From: Lophium mytilinum
Taxonomy: Eukaryota
NCBI GenBank assembly: GCA_010093605.1
Contig: MU004184.1
Location: 692,801 to 756,800, forward strand
Direction: 5' to 3'
DNA: 64,000 nt
The notes under the pieces were generated by a model that saw nothing but the letters and a program-made list of their open reading frames with translations, had not been told where the DNA came from and ran no database searches. Below are positions 21,418-34,401 of this stretch, piece by piece (the first letter of the stretch is position 1; each line of letters starts with the position of its first letter). The position numbers and the translations under genes are program-made.

Positions 21418-23008
21418 ATGTCGGAACCGAAAGATTTCACGGTCATCGAAATTGCCGAAGATCCTTTTTACTCTCCCCAAGATGCTGCTGCTGAGGCTCC
21501 ATCGACGAAACCAAAGTCGTTTGCCTCCAGTGACACGGTTGAGCGTATCTCCGCATTTATTTCAGATTGGACCCCTTTCTGCCTCGTTGCTTCGTATTAT
21601 GTCTTCTCAACATGCCTCTACATGTACTGCAGCGACGGCCTCATCGCCATTTTCTGGTTCATCTATATGTGTACCAACTTCTACATTGCTGGCGCCACCG
21701 TTCTCGAGGCGTTCATGAGCATCACACCTTGCCGGGAAGCTAGGAAAATCGTCACCCAAGCAGAGCAGAAGGCATGGAACTTTCCTACGCCAGACAGCGA
21801 GCTCCTAGTCCTCGATCTACTCATTGTTGCCTATCTTCCCAATGAGAAGGACATCATCATGGATCGAGCACTCTACGCTTTGCAACAAATCGACTACCCG
21901 CGGGACAAGATTCGAATCAACATTCTTTACAACACCCCGAAACCCATGGAGGCATTGGAGACCCAGTTAAACGACCTCACTCACCGCTTTCCGCATGCCA
22001 GGGTCATCAAAGTCCCGGGCTCTACCTCGAAGGCGGACAACCTCAACTACTTCCTCACGCTCAACACTGGGTCTGACCTCATTGCGATCTACGACTGTGA
22101 CCACTACCCGCATCCCAACGGCCCACGCTGGGCTGTTGAGCGCTTTATGGCCGACGAGGAAATCGATATTGTGCAAGGTCGATGCGTTGTCTTCAATGCA
22201 GCCGAGACGTACTTGACGAGCATGATTGCCGTTGAGTTTGACAAAATTTACGCTGTATCGCATCCAGGCCGTGCGACCATGTGGGGCTTCGGGTTGTTCT
22301 GTGGCTCCAACGGTTATTGGCGAACTTCCCTCCTCCGCGACCTCAAGATGGACGGCGATATGCTGACTGAGGATATTGACTCGGCGCTGCGGGCATTCTC
22401 TAGGGGCGCAAAGACGGTACACGACCTCAACGTTACTTCATACGAACTCGCACCCACCACGTTCCCGGCATTCTGGAAGCAACGGCTTCGATGGGCTCAG
22501 GGTTGGGCGCAAGCGAGTATGAAGCATGTGAAGATGGTGTACAACAAACCCCAGGATCAGATCCACGCGAAGGACAGTCGCACGTTTGTGGCACGATTTG
22601 GGATCTTCTCATTGCTTCTCATCCGAGAGGCGAGCTACTATCTGGTCACTCAGTACACGTGCCTTGTCCTCAGTTTCCTCATCGTCAAGTTCCCGCGGAC
22701 TGGCGGCGAGCTCTTCAAACTAGTCTACTTCCAATACCCAATTTCGCAGTGGCTCTTCATTATCAGGTTCGTACTACAGCTTCCCCGCTCGCAGAGCTTA
22801 TGACTAACGAAAGTGCAGTATTGTATGCCTTGTCGCGACGCTGTGGATCACCAACCAGGTGAAGTCGGAGTTTGTGACGAGGAAAATGATTATCTCGTTT
22901 TCTGCAATGTACCCTGCCTATCTGATCCTTTCGGCGACGATTGGCCTGTACGGGCATGCAAGGCAGATTGTCAGGTATAGCTCATGGAACCCTACTGCGC
23001 GGACGTAA
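21418..23008 (+). CDS. GT2 processive glycosyltransferase (cellulose-synthase/IcaA-like fold); exons 21418-22766, 22819-23008
   Basis: Two N-terminal TM helices, then AYLPNE, SKADNLN, YDCD (DxD), CGSNG, LTED and QRLRW (QxxRW), C-terminal TM helices and a terminal WNPTART. The intron GTTCGT..CTAAC..CAG keeps the frame. Confidence 0.92.
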
Positions 23009-24586
23009 GAGCCCTTGCTCTGACGGCTGCTGTGTCGTCACGTTGTCACAGCGAGCGGGTTCGGCAAGGCTCCTTGCATTGGAAGAAGCTTATCGTCTTC
23101 CTTGACATTTTCCGGCGGTTTCCCGGTACCATGCGACGCAGCAGAGGTGCCGACGGGTCTAGGCAACGAAGGGTTATTCTTGGGTCGGGCGTTTTCTGCG
23201 GGCATGAACTGCACATGGAGCTGCGTGCAGCAGCGCACATTCCTGTCAGGGCTAGAGCAGTCTCATTCTGCACCTATATGTACATACATAATAATTAATT
23301 CGACTGCGACTGGTTTCCTACAACAATATGCTGTGCCCCTGGCCTGACTCGCGATATTCTCGTCTGGTTAATCGGCCAGTGACGTCTCCGCTGCAGCTTT
23401 TCGCTTTCGCTCTCATGCTTCCGACTGTGCCACTGTGAAGCATCCAGCATGCATGCCAGCATCCAGAACCCGAGCGTCCGCGATGCAGGCAGCCGACACT
23501 TCCCGAGTCTTTGCCTCTAACCTTCATCATTGTGCACAATCGCAGTGGCGACTGCATAAGTGGCTGCCTATTTTTGAAGGCGCATAATGTACCAGGTGTG
23601 AGCAAGCCTTCCCTGAGATGTCGCTATACAGCTTCGCCGGAAGTTCCCAGTCTTGGCCCTCCCCCTGCCACACAGATCGGCAGCGCCAGAGAGACATCAA
23701 TCTGATACCCCCATTCCAATCTTCCTCATAAGGCGACGGCCGCCCACGCAGCTACGCGATTAGGATGCATGCCGCTAGTCAACGGCGATCGCAGTCGACT
23801 CCGGCGACGCGCGGACCGTTTTGCAATATCCACTACGGCCATCTCGACTGCGAGTGGAGCTGCCGCGGCTGAGAATTGGCTTTATTGTCTTGGACCCACC
23901 TCCCGACGCAGAGATGCCAGGAACATAGTTTGTAGATGCACAGTCGCTGCGATAAGGTGTGCTGATCGCGATGCCACCCTGGCAAGTCTGCCGCATTAAT
24001 GAGGATTGCTAGTGGCGGTCGGCTTCGCACGGGACTGGCTGCTCAAGGCGCCCAACGCACGGCTGTGGCTGTTCCCGCGCGCCGGTGTCGCTTGGTTTGG
24101 TGGGCAGATCGACAGGGACCGATGTGCTGCACGGCTTCGGTTGGTAGCAAGCCCAGCACGCCACCATGAGCCCTCACCGACGACAGGCGCACTGACACCC
24201 GGGACACCCATCCCATCTTCGCACCCCTCCCCCTCAGCCCTCCGCGACACGCCCCGAAGTGGAGGCACAGCGCGCACCCGTCCACGGTACACCTGTGTCA
24301 CCACGCGCCCCCGAGCCGCGCAATAGGAGCGGCGTCAGAGAACGCAGGCGGCCTGTCGATCTCGGCTCCTCTCCATCCATGGCTCCATCACGTCCGTCGT
24401 CGCCGGCGACCCGTCCGCCGACCCTCGACCATCAAAAGAGCAGTGCATGGGGTGCTGCAAGGGGCAACAACGCTGGCCTCTGAGTGATGCGTCCGTTCCG
24501 CAGTCTCCTTCTTCATCATCATCATTTCTGTAAATAAAGATATTGGCAGCGAGCATTTGCAGCGTACCTAAGAGCAGGCCGTCAAC

Positions 24587-25955
24587 ATGGGCTTTGAATT
24601 CCCCCCCGCCCTAGTGCCAGCACCGCGCCCTCACGTCTTCCGTGAGCAGGACTATCTTATTGGCGTGCGCGGTTTCCTCGTTGTTCAGTCATTCCTTTGG
24701 GTGTTTCTCACGACTTTCGTTCCCGCCACTGTTGCAAACGCCGCCAATTCAGACGGCCCTCTCTACCAGACCATCATCCGCAAGACCTTTTCTGTGCTGT
24801 TCTGGAACGATGCTCTCATCTACTCCGCCTTTATCTTCCTGTCCGCCCGAACAGTGTGTCTGCCTTTCCTCAAGGACACCTCCCGCCAAACCATCGCGAG
24901 CTCCATCTTCCGCCGCGGCTTGCGCATGTGGTTTCCCACCGCCGTCGCCTTCGCCATCGCAACCCTCATCTTCTCGCAGTCAGGGGTCGCCTACATGGAC
25001 GACTTCAAGACGCGCACCGGCAATGTCTCCATTGCAACTCCTCGTCAGATTCCCAGCTTTCTCAACTGGTTCAACTCCATGTTCGAGGTCTTCTGGGTGA
25101 CCAAAAACACCAATCTGCAAGCTGCCAACACGGCCTTCCCCTCGCAGACCCTGTGGATGATCACCACCATCTACGAGCAGAGCTTCACCATCTACATGAC
25201 CATGGTCACCATCCCCTACACGCGTCGTTCGTGGCGTGTCAAGGCATTCGCCGCATTCATCATCACCGCCTGGTGGGTCCAGTCGTGGGCCTGGTACAGC
25301 ATCGCCGGCCTCCTTATGGCTGACGCGGTTGTCAACATGTCTTTCCGGGAGAAGGCCCGTCGCGGCATCAAGGTGACGCGTTCCTTCACCTTCCCAACGT
25401 GGCCAATTTATGGCTTCCTCATCCTTGCGGGGTACGTCATGGAGTATCTATGGGTCGCATGGCGGCCGGACCTGCGAAGTGCCGAGCTCAAGGGCCATAC
25501 CGGTCTGTACAATGCCGGATCATTGAATGCCGGCTTCGATGTCAACGGTCCCCAAGCACGTGACGACAACTTCTTGATCATCATCGGCTTCTTCTTGTGT
25601 GTCGAGCATTTCGAGATCTTGCAGCGAATATTCAGAACGTCGGTGTTCCAGTACTTGGGCAAGAGGTCATTCAGTAAGCTCGCCCCCTTTCTCTACACGT
25701 CGGCATCTTTGCTTTAGACTCTCTAACACACCACCAGGCTTCTTCCTAATACAAAGCATCATAATCTACACCGCAGGCATCAAGCTCTTCGCCGAGATGC
25801 ATTTCGCCCATAACATAGCCTTTGCTGTCTCGACATTCCTTTGTCTAGTCGTATGTGTCCCGCTCGTCGCACTGACCACAGAGGTATTCTATCGTCTCGT
25901 GGACTATCCGTCGACCGTGTTGGCGCATTTGGTGTTTGATTGGATCCGCACATAA
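24587..25955 (+). CDS. Acyltransferase-3-like multi-pass membrane protein; exons 24587-25673, 25738-25955
   Basis: DYLIGVRG, FIFLSAR, IFRRGLR, TLWMITTIYEQSF, QYLGKRSFS/FFLIQ and FYRLVDYPS motifs typical of fungal AT3 proteins. In-phase GTAAGC..CAG intron. Confidence 0.85.
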
Positions 25956-27062
25956 AGTGTGATCTTGAGTGAGCGTGTGCAAAATCATCAGAGAAGTATA
26001 GCGTCTTCAATAACAAAGATGCCTCCACGGAGGAAACAAGCTGGGTTTCAGGAGGAAGGCTTTTCTATATCTCATCGTTTCGTTCTTTTCGTCCAACAAC
26101 AAGCGGACTTTTGTATATTATTCGTGGCGGGATTTAGCTTAATGCAGCGTAATCGTCTCAACATCTTCTCATGACTTGTTTGAACTTCGCAGTCTGTGCA
26201 GTTTCAAAATGATATCACAGCTCCAACACACGCTCAATTTAGAGATATTTCTCGTAATAAATGCTTGGCGCACGTGACGGATGTTATTCTTTCCTCTGCT
26301 TGTCTATAAAAGTAGAGCTTCCCCTTCAAACGTCTGCACCTCAAAGCAATGAGTCTGAGATGGGATCCCATTAACAACACCGAAGGTGGCACATCATGGG
26401 AGTTGGACTTGCCCTGGACTCGAGGGTGGAAGTATCAAAATAAATTACGATCAGAACCATGGTCGGGGAAGAGAAAGTGGTGTGGAGTCCCATGAGCGCT
26501 CACTCAATGACCATATGTAATGGTGTTCACAGCCACGCTGGTCAATTAGTTCTCATTGTTTCTTGGTTCTGGCGCCAGCCTTCTGCTCTCCAGTTCAATC
26601 ACTTTCGTCAACACCCCGTAGAGGTTCTCATCATCACACCTGTACACATTGACACGCACACCTATCACCCTCCTATTCCGCCTCTCACACACACCATCGG
26701 ACATAGGCAGCAATGTTGTTGAACACAACCACGTTCGACACCCGCACCCAACTCCGCCACCACTCCCACACCATCGTTCAAAATCCCCGAGGTAGATGAT
26801 AGTACCACATCGTCACTGCCGTCCGACGGGTTCGATTCCTCGAAATCCCTCGCCTTGAGGAGGAAGTTGCTCCAGCCGTCGTCGAAGTTTTATACCCCCT
26901 TCCCAGGAACACAACGTGACCATCAGCTGACTCCTTCCCGTTACTGAACTTCCATACTCGCCGGGTAGGAGTGATAATCCCTCAACCTCGCTTAACCCAC
27001 GTGACGCGAGGGTTTCATGACGGGGAGGGAGGAGTACTTCGTCCAAGAGGGCGTTTCCCCAT

Positions 27063-27300
27063 ACGCGGACTTAGGCTTTACAATCACATCAGCGTGCGTC
27101 AACGTCAGGGTATCAAGGGTCCACGCAGAAGAAGTGGGGAGAGACCCTACCTTCCTCCCCACACGCGGACTTAGGCAATAGCTGCGTCAACACCAGGGCA
27201 TCAAGCGCCAGAAGAGGGGTACAAAGAGACCCTTCCCCCCATGTGCGGACTTAGGCAGTACAATCACATTGGTGTGCATCAACAACCCAGCATCGACATC
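27063..27300 (+). repeat. Three degenerate direct repeats (about 80-100 bp), intergenic
   Basis: GCGGACTTAGGC at about 27065, 27165 and 27244, each followed by TGC(G/A)TCAAC; copies 1 and 3 also share TACAATCACAT, copies 1 and 2 share AGAGACCCT. Confidence 0.75.
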
Positions 27301-28653
27301 AGGGTCTCAACCCAACAATCCGGTTGCAATCTACGGGAACAAACCCTCCGAACGCGCATCCTCGGATCAGACGGCATGGCATTATCGATCGTCTAACGCG
27401 GGGGGAAGATCGTCGGGTGTATGTATTTGAGACGATCAGTGCAGGGTGGGGTGGATGCTTGAGGGCTGGGGGGGTCTTGTCATCTTTGAATGATAGTGAT
27501 ATTCGCCTCTGGGGATTTGGGATACTCACCATCATGAAGATCTGAAGGCGAGTATCCTTCGACCCCAACTCCGCGGACTCCCCAACATAGCTCTCTTGCC
27601 TGTTCGTGGTTGAACGCAAGCCAATCTTTCTTCCTCCATCATTCATAGCGCGTGGAATTTGATCCACAACCACTCCACCTCTCCCATCGCATCCTTATGT
27701 CACCTTTTCGACGCACCACCCACACCGCAAGACATCATTCGACAATCTGTGATATCCTGATGTCCAGGGCAAACCCCTCTGCTAGAAACGAGTTTCCATA
27801 GCTCGAGGTGGAGTTTTTATACCTATGTCTAAGCGGCCGTCACGTGGACTCACCTACAGACTCAAGCGAGCCACGATACGAGTCCTAGAACAGTTCCTGC
27901 ATTTCCTCCTAAACGTGACCTGGTGTGAGTCACACGACTACCACATGTCGCCGTTGGGCTTGGGGTATAAAACCCCACCAAACTTCCGTACTACGTACTC
28001 CCTCAGTATGGAGAGATGATGGGAGCTGCGAAGACCAATTAGTAAATGGAGCAAATGGATCATGGTGTCTGGGGTGCAAAATAAGCGCAGAACACATAAC
28101 ATGGAGTGTGTTGTGTTGTGTCAGGAGCAAAGCCGGCTGCACCAACAGCACATGTGTAGGGAGTGGTTCAATCGAGATCAGTGAACACCATCATCTTGAG
28201 CTGGTCGTGGTGAGCATGAGATATTGTAGGTGGAGAAGAGCAGCTTCGAAAGATGGTGCTGGGATAGCGTCCGATCTCTGCCGCTGCTACCAACTCCTCC
28301 ACTCACCCACCCCATAATTCACTAGTGTAGCGATGTCTGAAACTCAACACCTCCTCTTCCATGACATCTTTCGACGATCAGGTTGAACTCTCCGGTTTCG
28401 AATGTGAGGAAAATATCGAGGACGGGGAATCGGGAACAATATGTACGGAAACAAAGGCTCATCACGCGTACACCTGTTCTCGTCAAGTGATTCATAGTAG
28501 CAATGTTTTCCTTTTTTATACGTACTCGTAAAGAGGCTCAGAAGTTGACCCAAAGGCTAAACCGTATCCACCGTTTAAAGCACCCCAAAAACCACGTCTC
28601 ACTTCGCTTGAGCTGTTGCCTTATTCCTCCCTATCATTCCGTCAACATAACCT

Positions 28654-30513
28654 TTACTCCACCATCTTCAACTCCTCAGTTCTTGCAGGAGCAAAAGTGT
28701 CTCGCCATTCATTCCACATTCTCTCCAGCTCTTCCACGTACTGTGCATGCAAACTCTCAACATATTCCCTATCCGGCTGTTCCTGCTGCATAACCTTGAT
28801 AGGATGCCCTACCACCACGTTGAGCGGGCGACGGTACGGCATCATGCCAACGTCATAATTGAAAATTCCTCTCGCATGAAACAGCGGGACGGTGAAGCCC
28901 ATGATCTTCTTGACGAGAAGCTGGAACTTGTGGACCCAGGGATGGGTCTTTGCGTCGACCTGGTCATAAATGTCGTTCTCGCCGAATCCCAAAACGGGCA
29001 CGAGATCCGCGCCCGTGCGGATGGCAATCTTGACGAAGCCCTTGCGGCGCTTCAGAACAAGACGGAAGGTGCCTGGCCGTGCGTCCAGCGACTCTCGGGC
29101 GCCGCCGACAACGATCGTGATTGCGCGGCCCATGCCTTCTCCGTTCGGACCGCCGTGGGTGAGAAGCGCTTCACAGGACTCGCGAGAGACGGAGGCCAAG
29201 CCCATGCGCAAGGCATACTCGCGGTAGAGGGGAATGCGGAAGTTGGCGTCGAGGGTGAGTAGGGTGTTTGTGATGCCTGGGAAGAGCTGGGAGAAGCCGA
29301 GAGCTTCGGTAGCAAAGGCCGCCCAGGCGCCATGTGAGATGATGCCGTGCGGATGGTACCCGAAAATGTACTTCCGTGTCGGTGGTAGTTCGGCAGAGCG
29401 GTGCAGGCGCGCCGGGTAGTAGGAGGCGAAGAGCGACCAAATGGATGAGCGACGCCAGCGCTCACTACGGTGAGAAAGCTTCCCGTCCGTGCCAGCGTGC
29501 GAGAAGAGGACATAAAGAGAGTAGGGAAGTACGATGGGCCAGAGGAGTGGAACGCCACAGGCGAGGAAGAAGATTGCTAGGAGGCCTGCAACGCTCAAGG
29601 TGTGCATCAGGACAACTAGGGTTTGAAGCCGTCTTTGTAGTGGCACGTTGAGGGGTGCGTAGCGAATCCTGTAAGACGTTAGGTCGGTGCGACAATGTCT
29701 TATCGCAGAATTTTCAAAGATTGAGATTTATTGCAAGCCATGAGCTGCATTGCTTGCATGAAGGGTGATCTGGTGTTTGGGGGCTCTGAGTCGAAGCGCT
29801 TGCAGCTTAAGCTCCTAGATGTCGATTCTAAAGGATGGAGTGGCATACTTGCTTGCTGTCCACCCTGCTCCGGCCTTCCTTCCATGCACCAGCTCGCCCT
29901 TCTTGGCTGGTTTCTCCTTCTTGGCTACTCGAAGCTGGCGATTGTAATCTTCAGAGGGCTCAATGCTTGCCAGAAGCCCGCCGTTTCCGTTCTTGTGTTC
30001 GTGGTATATGTAGTGTTGCGATCGTGAGGATGGCCTCGAAGACGTCGAGACGGAACCATTGGATTTCAAGGACGAGTGTCTCTTGTGGCCCTTTCGTGTT
30101 GGACTCTTGGGGCTGTCATCCTGTCCAGATCCTTCATATTGCTCCTTCTCAGGCTCGATCGGAGCAGGTGTTGGTTTCGCACGCTTCGTTGATTGAGAGG
30201 CTCCATTCGGTCGTTCAGCCAAGCCGTTTGTACTGTCCAAGCCATTGAGATGAGTTGTTGGGGCATTGAGAGGGAGGGGAGGTGCTTCGAGAGCCTCCGC
30301 GAAGCTCTTCTCATGGTCCCCATTTTCGTGTCGGGGCCCAGACGATCCATTGAGCGACGTGGTGGCGGCTTCAGGTGCTCCGGAATTCTCCTTTGCTGGT
30401 CGATGATTTATTTGGGAGTCGGCAGGGGCTTCAGTAGCTTCAGCGTAGCTCTTGGGAGCGAGATGTTGAGCCTCTCGTTCTTTGGGCGCGGCGGGCTCCG
30501 GATTGAGCGACAT
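28654..30513 (-). CDS. DGA1: Diacylglycerol O-acyltransferase 2 (DGAT2); exons 30513-29849, 29668-28654
   Basis: IRYAPLNVPLQRRLQT, YYP, FGYHPHG, VVGGARESL and RKGFVKIA...GADLVPVLGFGEND are DGAT2 hallmarks. Confidence 0.95.
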
Positions 30514-31041
30514 GGCGCGGGGTTGTCTGAGACCGCAATGGCGTATCGAAGAAAGGGAGCTCGTGTGGTGTTGCTATAGGTCCTGGGGGCAGATCATGGT
30601 GGCAAGGAAAGGGAGGACTGGGGCAGCTTTGGCAGAGACATTATCGGCGTGGGTAAGCCCTGCCCTACGAGAACGGATGACGTCTGCGAGCGGAAGCTTC
30701 GTTGGATTGGCTTTCACCCGCCGCTGCCAAGAGCAGACTTCAACGACACACCTCAACACCACGGCTCCTCGGCCGCTTTACGTTATTATTCCTATTTGCT
30801 TTATACATTTCAAGGGTCTTGTGACAGGCTAGAGTTGAGATGATTAAACGGGCACACTCTTGTCATCCGGCGGAACATAAAGAAGGCAAAGTGCTGCCTG
30901 TGTCGAGTCATACCCAGTCGTGGAGGACCTCCATATAACCCAGACCTAATCGATTCTTTACCATCCTCTAAAAACACTTTCAAAGTCATCACGGGCTTAT
31001 CGAACGCTCCTTGAGCTTTGACAGCTGCCTGAAGTTGGAAA

Positions 31042-32288
31042 ATGTCGTTCCAACTGACCTCGGCGCATTCCTCCCGTGTCACAAAGAGTAGAAGGCCAAA
31101 GCTAGATCCCCTAGGTCTACGCCGCTCTTCAACAGGAAGCCCTCGCAGAAAGTCGTCGCAGGCCTCGCCGGAGAAGAAGAAACCCGCAAGTAAAGAAGAT
31201 GAGTTCTTCGACGAGAAACTAGACGACACGGGGATTATAGCTTCCCTCGCCGCGGACCTCAACTTTCGTGATGTACCGATATTCCTGCTATATATCCAAA
31301 GCCGCATGTTCAGTGATATCCCTGAAAGGGCTTCTGGGATGAATGGAGCCCGAATTGCAGAGGTGCTGAACTATCGGCTCTCTTTACCGCCCATAGTCAC
31401 ATTGGCGCACATTCATGCCTTAAGCAAATCACCTACTACGACCGAGAGAGAGATTGCAGAGCTGACACGGGCGGGTGTCATTCGTAAGATTGCAATCCCT
31501 AATCGTGGAACAGGAGCTGCAGCCGTGGGCGAAGGGTTAGTGTTAGTATCTGAATGGGAGAGGCTGGTCCAATCCCATCCTCGCCTCGACGAGGAAGCGA
31601 AAGGTGGGGACCCCTCCATCCATATATTTCGAGACCCAAAGGCTGACTTTGAGCAGCTAAATACATATCCCTTCTGAACAGCAACCCAACATCAATCGCC
31701 ATCTCCGGGATGGAGTTCACCCCCAATGAAGCCTCCGCGCTGACAGAAGCCGGTTTCCTGACCACAGCAAGCACATCCTCCTCGGTATCTAGTCTCTTTG
31801 CTCGACCGGGTGCGGGAAGCCTTGGTACTCTCGCCTCTCTAGCCACGGCAGGATCAAAGAACGCTTCAGGCTCTTTAGCAGCCGTGGGCGGAGCACAAGC
31901 CCAGGCGAATATCAGCGGCGGAGGCTCAGGACGCAGAACCGGCTCATTAGCTCTGTACAATTTCTCTCTTCCCAACACCGGCGTAGTCCTCCGTCTCATC
32001 GTCGATGCTCGTAATCACCTCCTTGGTATGCTAAAGAAGACCAAATATCGAGAGGCACCAAGGAACGTACTTCACGAGCGCTGGGATGGTGGCATTGCAG
32101 GCGAAGCTGCACAGAGTCGAGCGAAAAAGGCTAGAGGGGAGTTCACTGGCGTGTTACCAGCGCGCACGAAGAAGTGGAGACAACTCAATGGCCTAAGATT
32201 CGAATGGATCTTGGAGGAATGTGTCGGAGCTGGCCTAGTTGAGCTTTTTGAGACGCATAGTGTGGGGGTTGGCGTAAGAGCCACATGA
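31042..32288 (+). CDS. STK19-family (winged-helix) protein; exons 31042-31603, 31657-32288
   Basis: LPPIVTLAHIHALSKSPTTTEREIAEL, LTEAGFL, SLPNTG and GLRFEWILEECVGAGLVELFETHSVGVGVR match the fungal Stk19 family pattern; the intron is in phase. Confidence 0.8.
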
Positions 32289-32430
32289 GTGAAGCTTCTA
32301 TTGTCAAAGCGAATCAGCAGTAAAAGACCAATCCATGCATTTCACACCTATATACGCTAGAAGTACATCTATGGCACATACCTTCCAATTCAAGCCCTCA
32401 CCAAGTCGTACTCTATAATCAATGAGAAAA

Positions 32431-33899
32431 CTATGCCGATGCCTCCATCTTGTTCAGAACGGCACGAGTGTACTCGTGGGTGGTGGAGTTGCCTCCCATG
32501 TCACGTGTTCGCGTTTTACTGTGAAGGGATCAGCCGTTGCCTTTAGCATCTTTATATGTCCGAGGAATAACTCACCCTTCAGCAATAACGTCGTAGACAG
32601 CCTTGGAGATACGGTTGGCATGGTCGTCTAGTCCAAGGTGGCGCAGCATCATGGAAGCGGAGAGAAGGAGAGCCGTTGGATTAGCCTGATCCTTGCCCTT
32701 AATATCGAGACCAACGTGACGGCAGCCGGGCTCGAAAACTGCAACGTCCCGTCCCATGTTGCATCCAGGTACAATGCCGGGTCCACCGACAAGGCCGGCG
32801 CCGATGTTGGACAAGATACCTCCGTAAAGGTTAGGCATGACCATAACATCGAATTGCTGTGGCCGGGAGACACATTGCATAGACGCGTTGTCCACAATCA
32901 TATCGTTGGTTTCCAAGGTAGGGTAGTCCTCGGCGACCTTCTTGAAAGTGTTCCTGAACAGACCGTCGGCAAGCTTCATGATATTGGCCTTGTGAATGCA
33001 AGTGACCTTCTTCCGGTTGTTGGCAAGGGCAAAGGCAAAAGCGAACTTGGCAATGCGCTCAGATTTCGCCCGAGTGATGATCTTGAGTGACTCGACGACA
33101 CCAGCGACAGACTGATGCTCCAGACCAGAGTATTCACCTTCGGTGTTTTCTCGGATAATGCAAAGATCGACGTTCTTGTGGCGGGTTTCATATCCAGGAA
33201 TGTTCTTGATGAGGACGATGGAGGCGTAGATGTCGAGTTCTTGACGGAGAGCAACGTTGAACGATTGGTGACCAGACCTCTCGACAGGTGTGTGCAAGAT
33301 ACCTATGCTTTCCGTAAGCGGGGAGAGCTCCATTGCGCCGTTTTAGGACTGCCGTACCCTTCAGACCGAGCTTGTTACGCTTCAGAGAAGCAATTGACTC
33401 CCTGAAAAGGTCTTCCGAGTGCTTATCGCCAGTCTCGACACCAGACACGTCGACCTGTTCCCATTCGATAGGGACGTTGTCTGCCTTGAAGATCTCCTTG
33501 ACCGATTCTGACACCTCAGCGCCGATACCATCACCTGTGGTATCCTGTTAAAAGCTGCGCAGGACTATGTGTAGTTGTAATTGCCCACCTGGGATCAGGG
33601 TAACGGTGTATTTGCCGCCGAACTTGGTAGGTTTGAAGATGTCGTGCTGAATCGTGGCCATTGCTGTCGGACAAATCGGTCAGCCTCCCAATTGTAGTAG
33701 CGCTCATAGTCCTTTAGGTCCTTCTCACATCTTGTAGCCATTGAAGGTCCGGTAGCCCATCGTGAAGCAGGCTTTGCGCCCCGCAGAAGGGTCTGGTTTG
33801 AACAGTCGTGTTAGCTTGCGACGCGCGACTTGACAATGGCAGAGCGGAGCTGCGGTGATTTCGTACCTGCGCCGTCTTCTGGGAGCTCCGCGATAGCAT
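32431..33899 (-). CDS. IDH1: Mitochondrial NAD-dependent isocitrate dehydrogenase subunit 1 (multi-exon)
   Basis: [60 protein letters not shown] and [14 protein letters not shown]; last exon TRDMGG...MEASA*. Confidence 0.96.
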
Positions 33900-34401
33900 G
33901 GCGTCGGGTAGGGAGGAGAGGTCTTGGGATGGTGAGGGAGATAGAGGGCGGAAAGAAAAGCAATTGGAAGCTGAGATCGACCTCCCGGTTTGCGGGTCTT
34001 GGCACGCAGGGAATCTAGCCCACTTCGTCGATCCCGCGGCGTTTTAGCACCATTTACCTACTGCTTTGACTGCAACGACGCGGGATCAAGGCGCTCCTGT
34101 TCGAATATCTGATATTGGCACTCTGGTACCGCTTTAGAAGTCGTCTTTGACACCAACCCCCATGAGCTTCTGCTGGGATTGCCTCATATGACGACCGCGG
34201 ATATCCGTGCCTACATTCACTCTTTCGCATGAGCACACAGCATCTTGTACCACGTGTCCGCGTGTTTACGCTGTCGACCTTCTGTATTATTATAGAAATC
34301 GCTTGTCAAGTTCACACCAGGCAACAACACATCAAACCTGGACCGAATCCCCACACCACCACAATTCTCCCACACCAAACCAACCACACCCCCACAGCAT
34401 C

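Noticed and set aside
23009..24586. A fourth cluster gene between the GT2 and the second AT3
   Set aside because: Only short motif-less ORFs and no coherent exon chain found; an upstream exon of the AT3 cannot be fully excluded.
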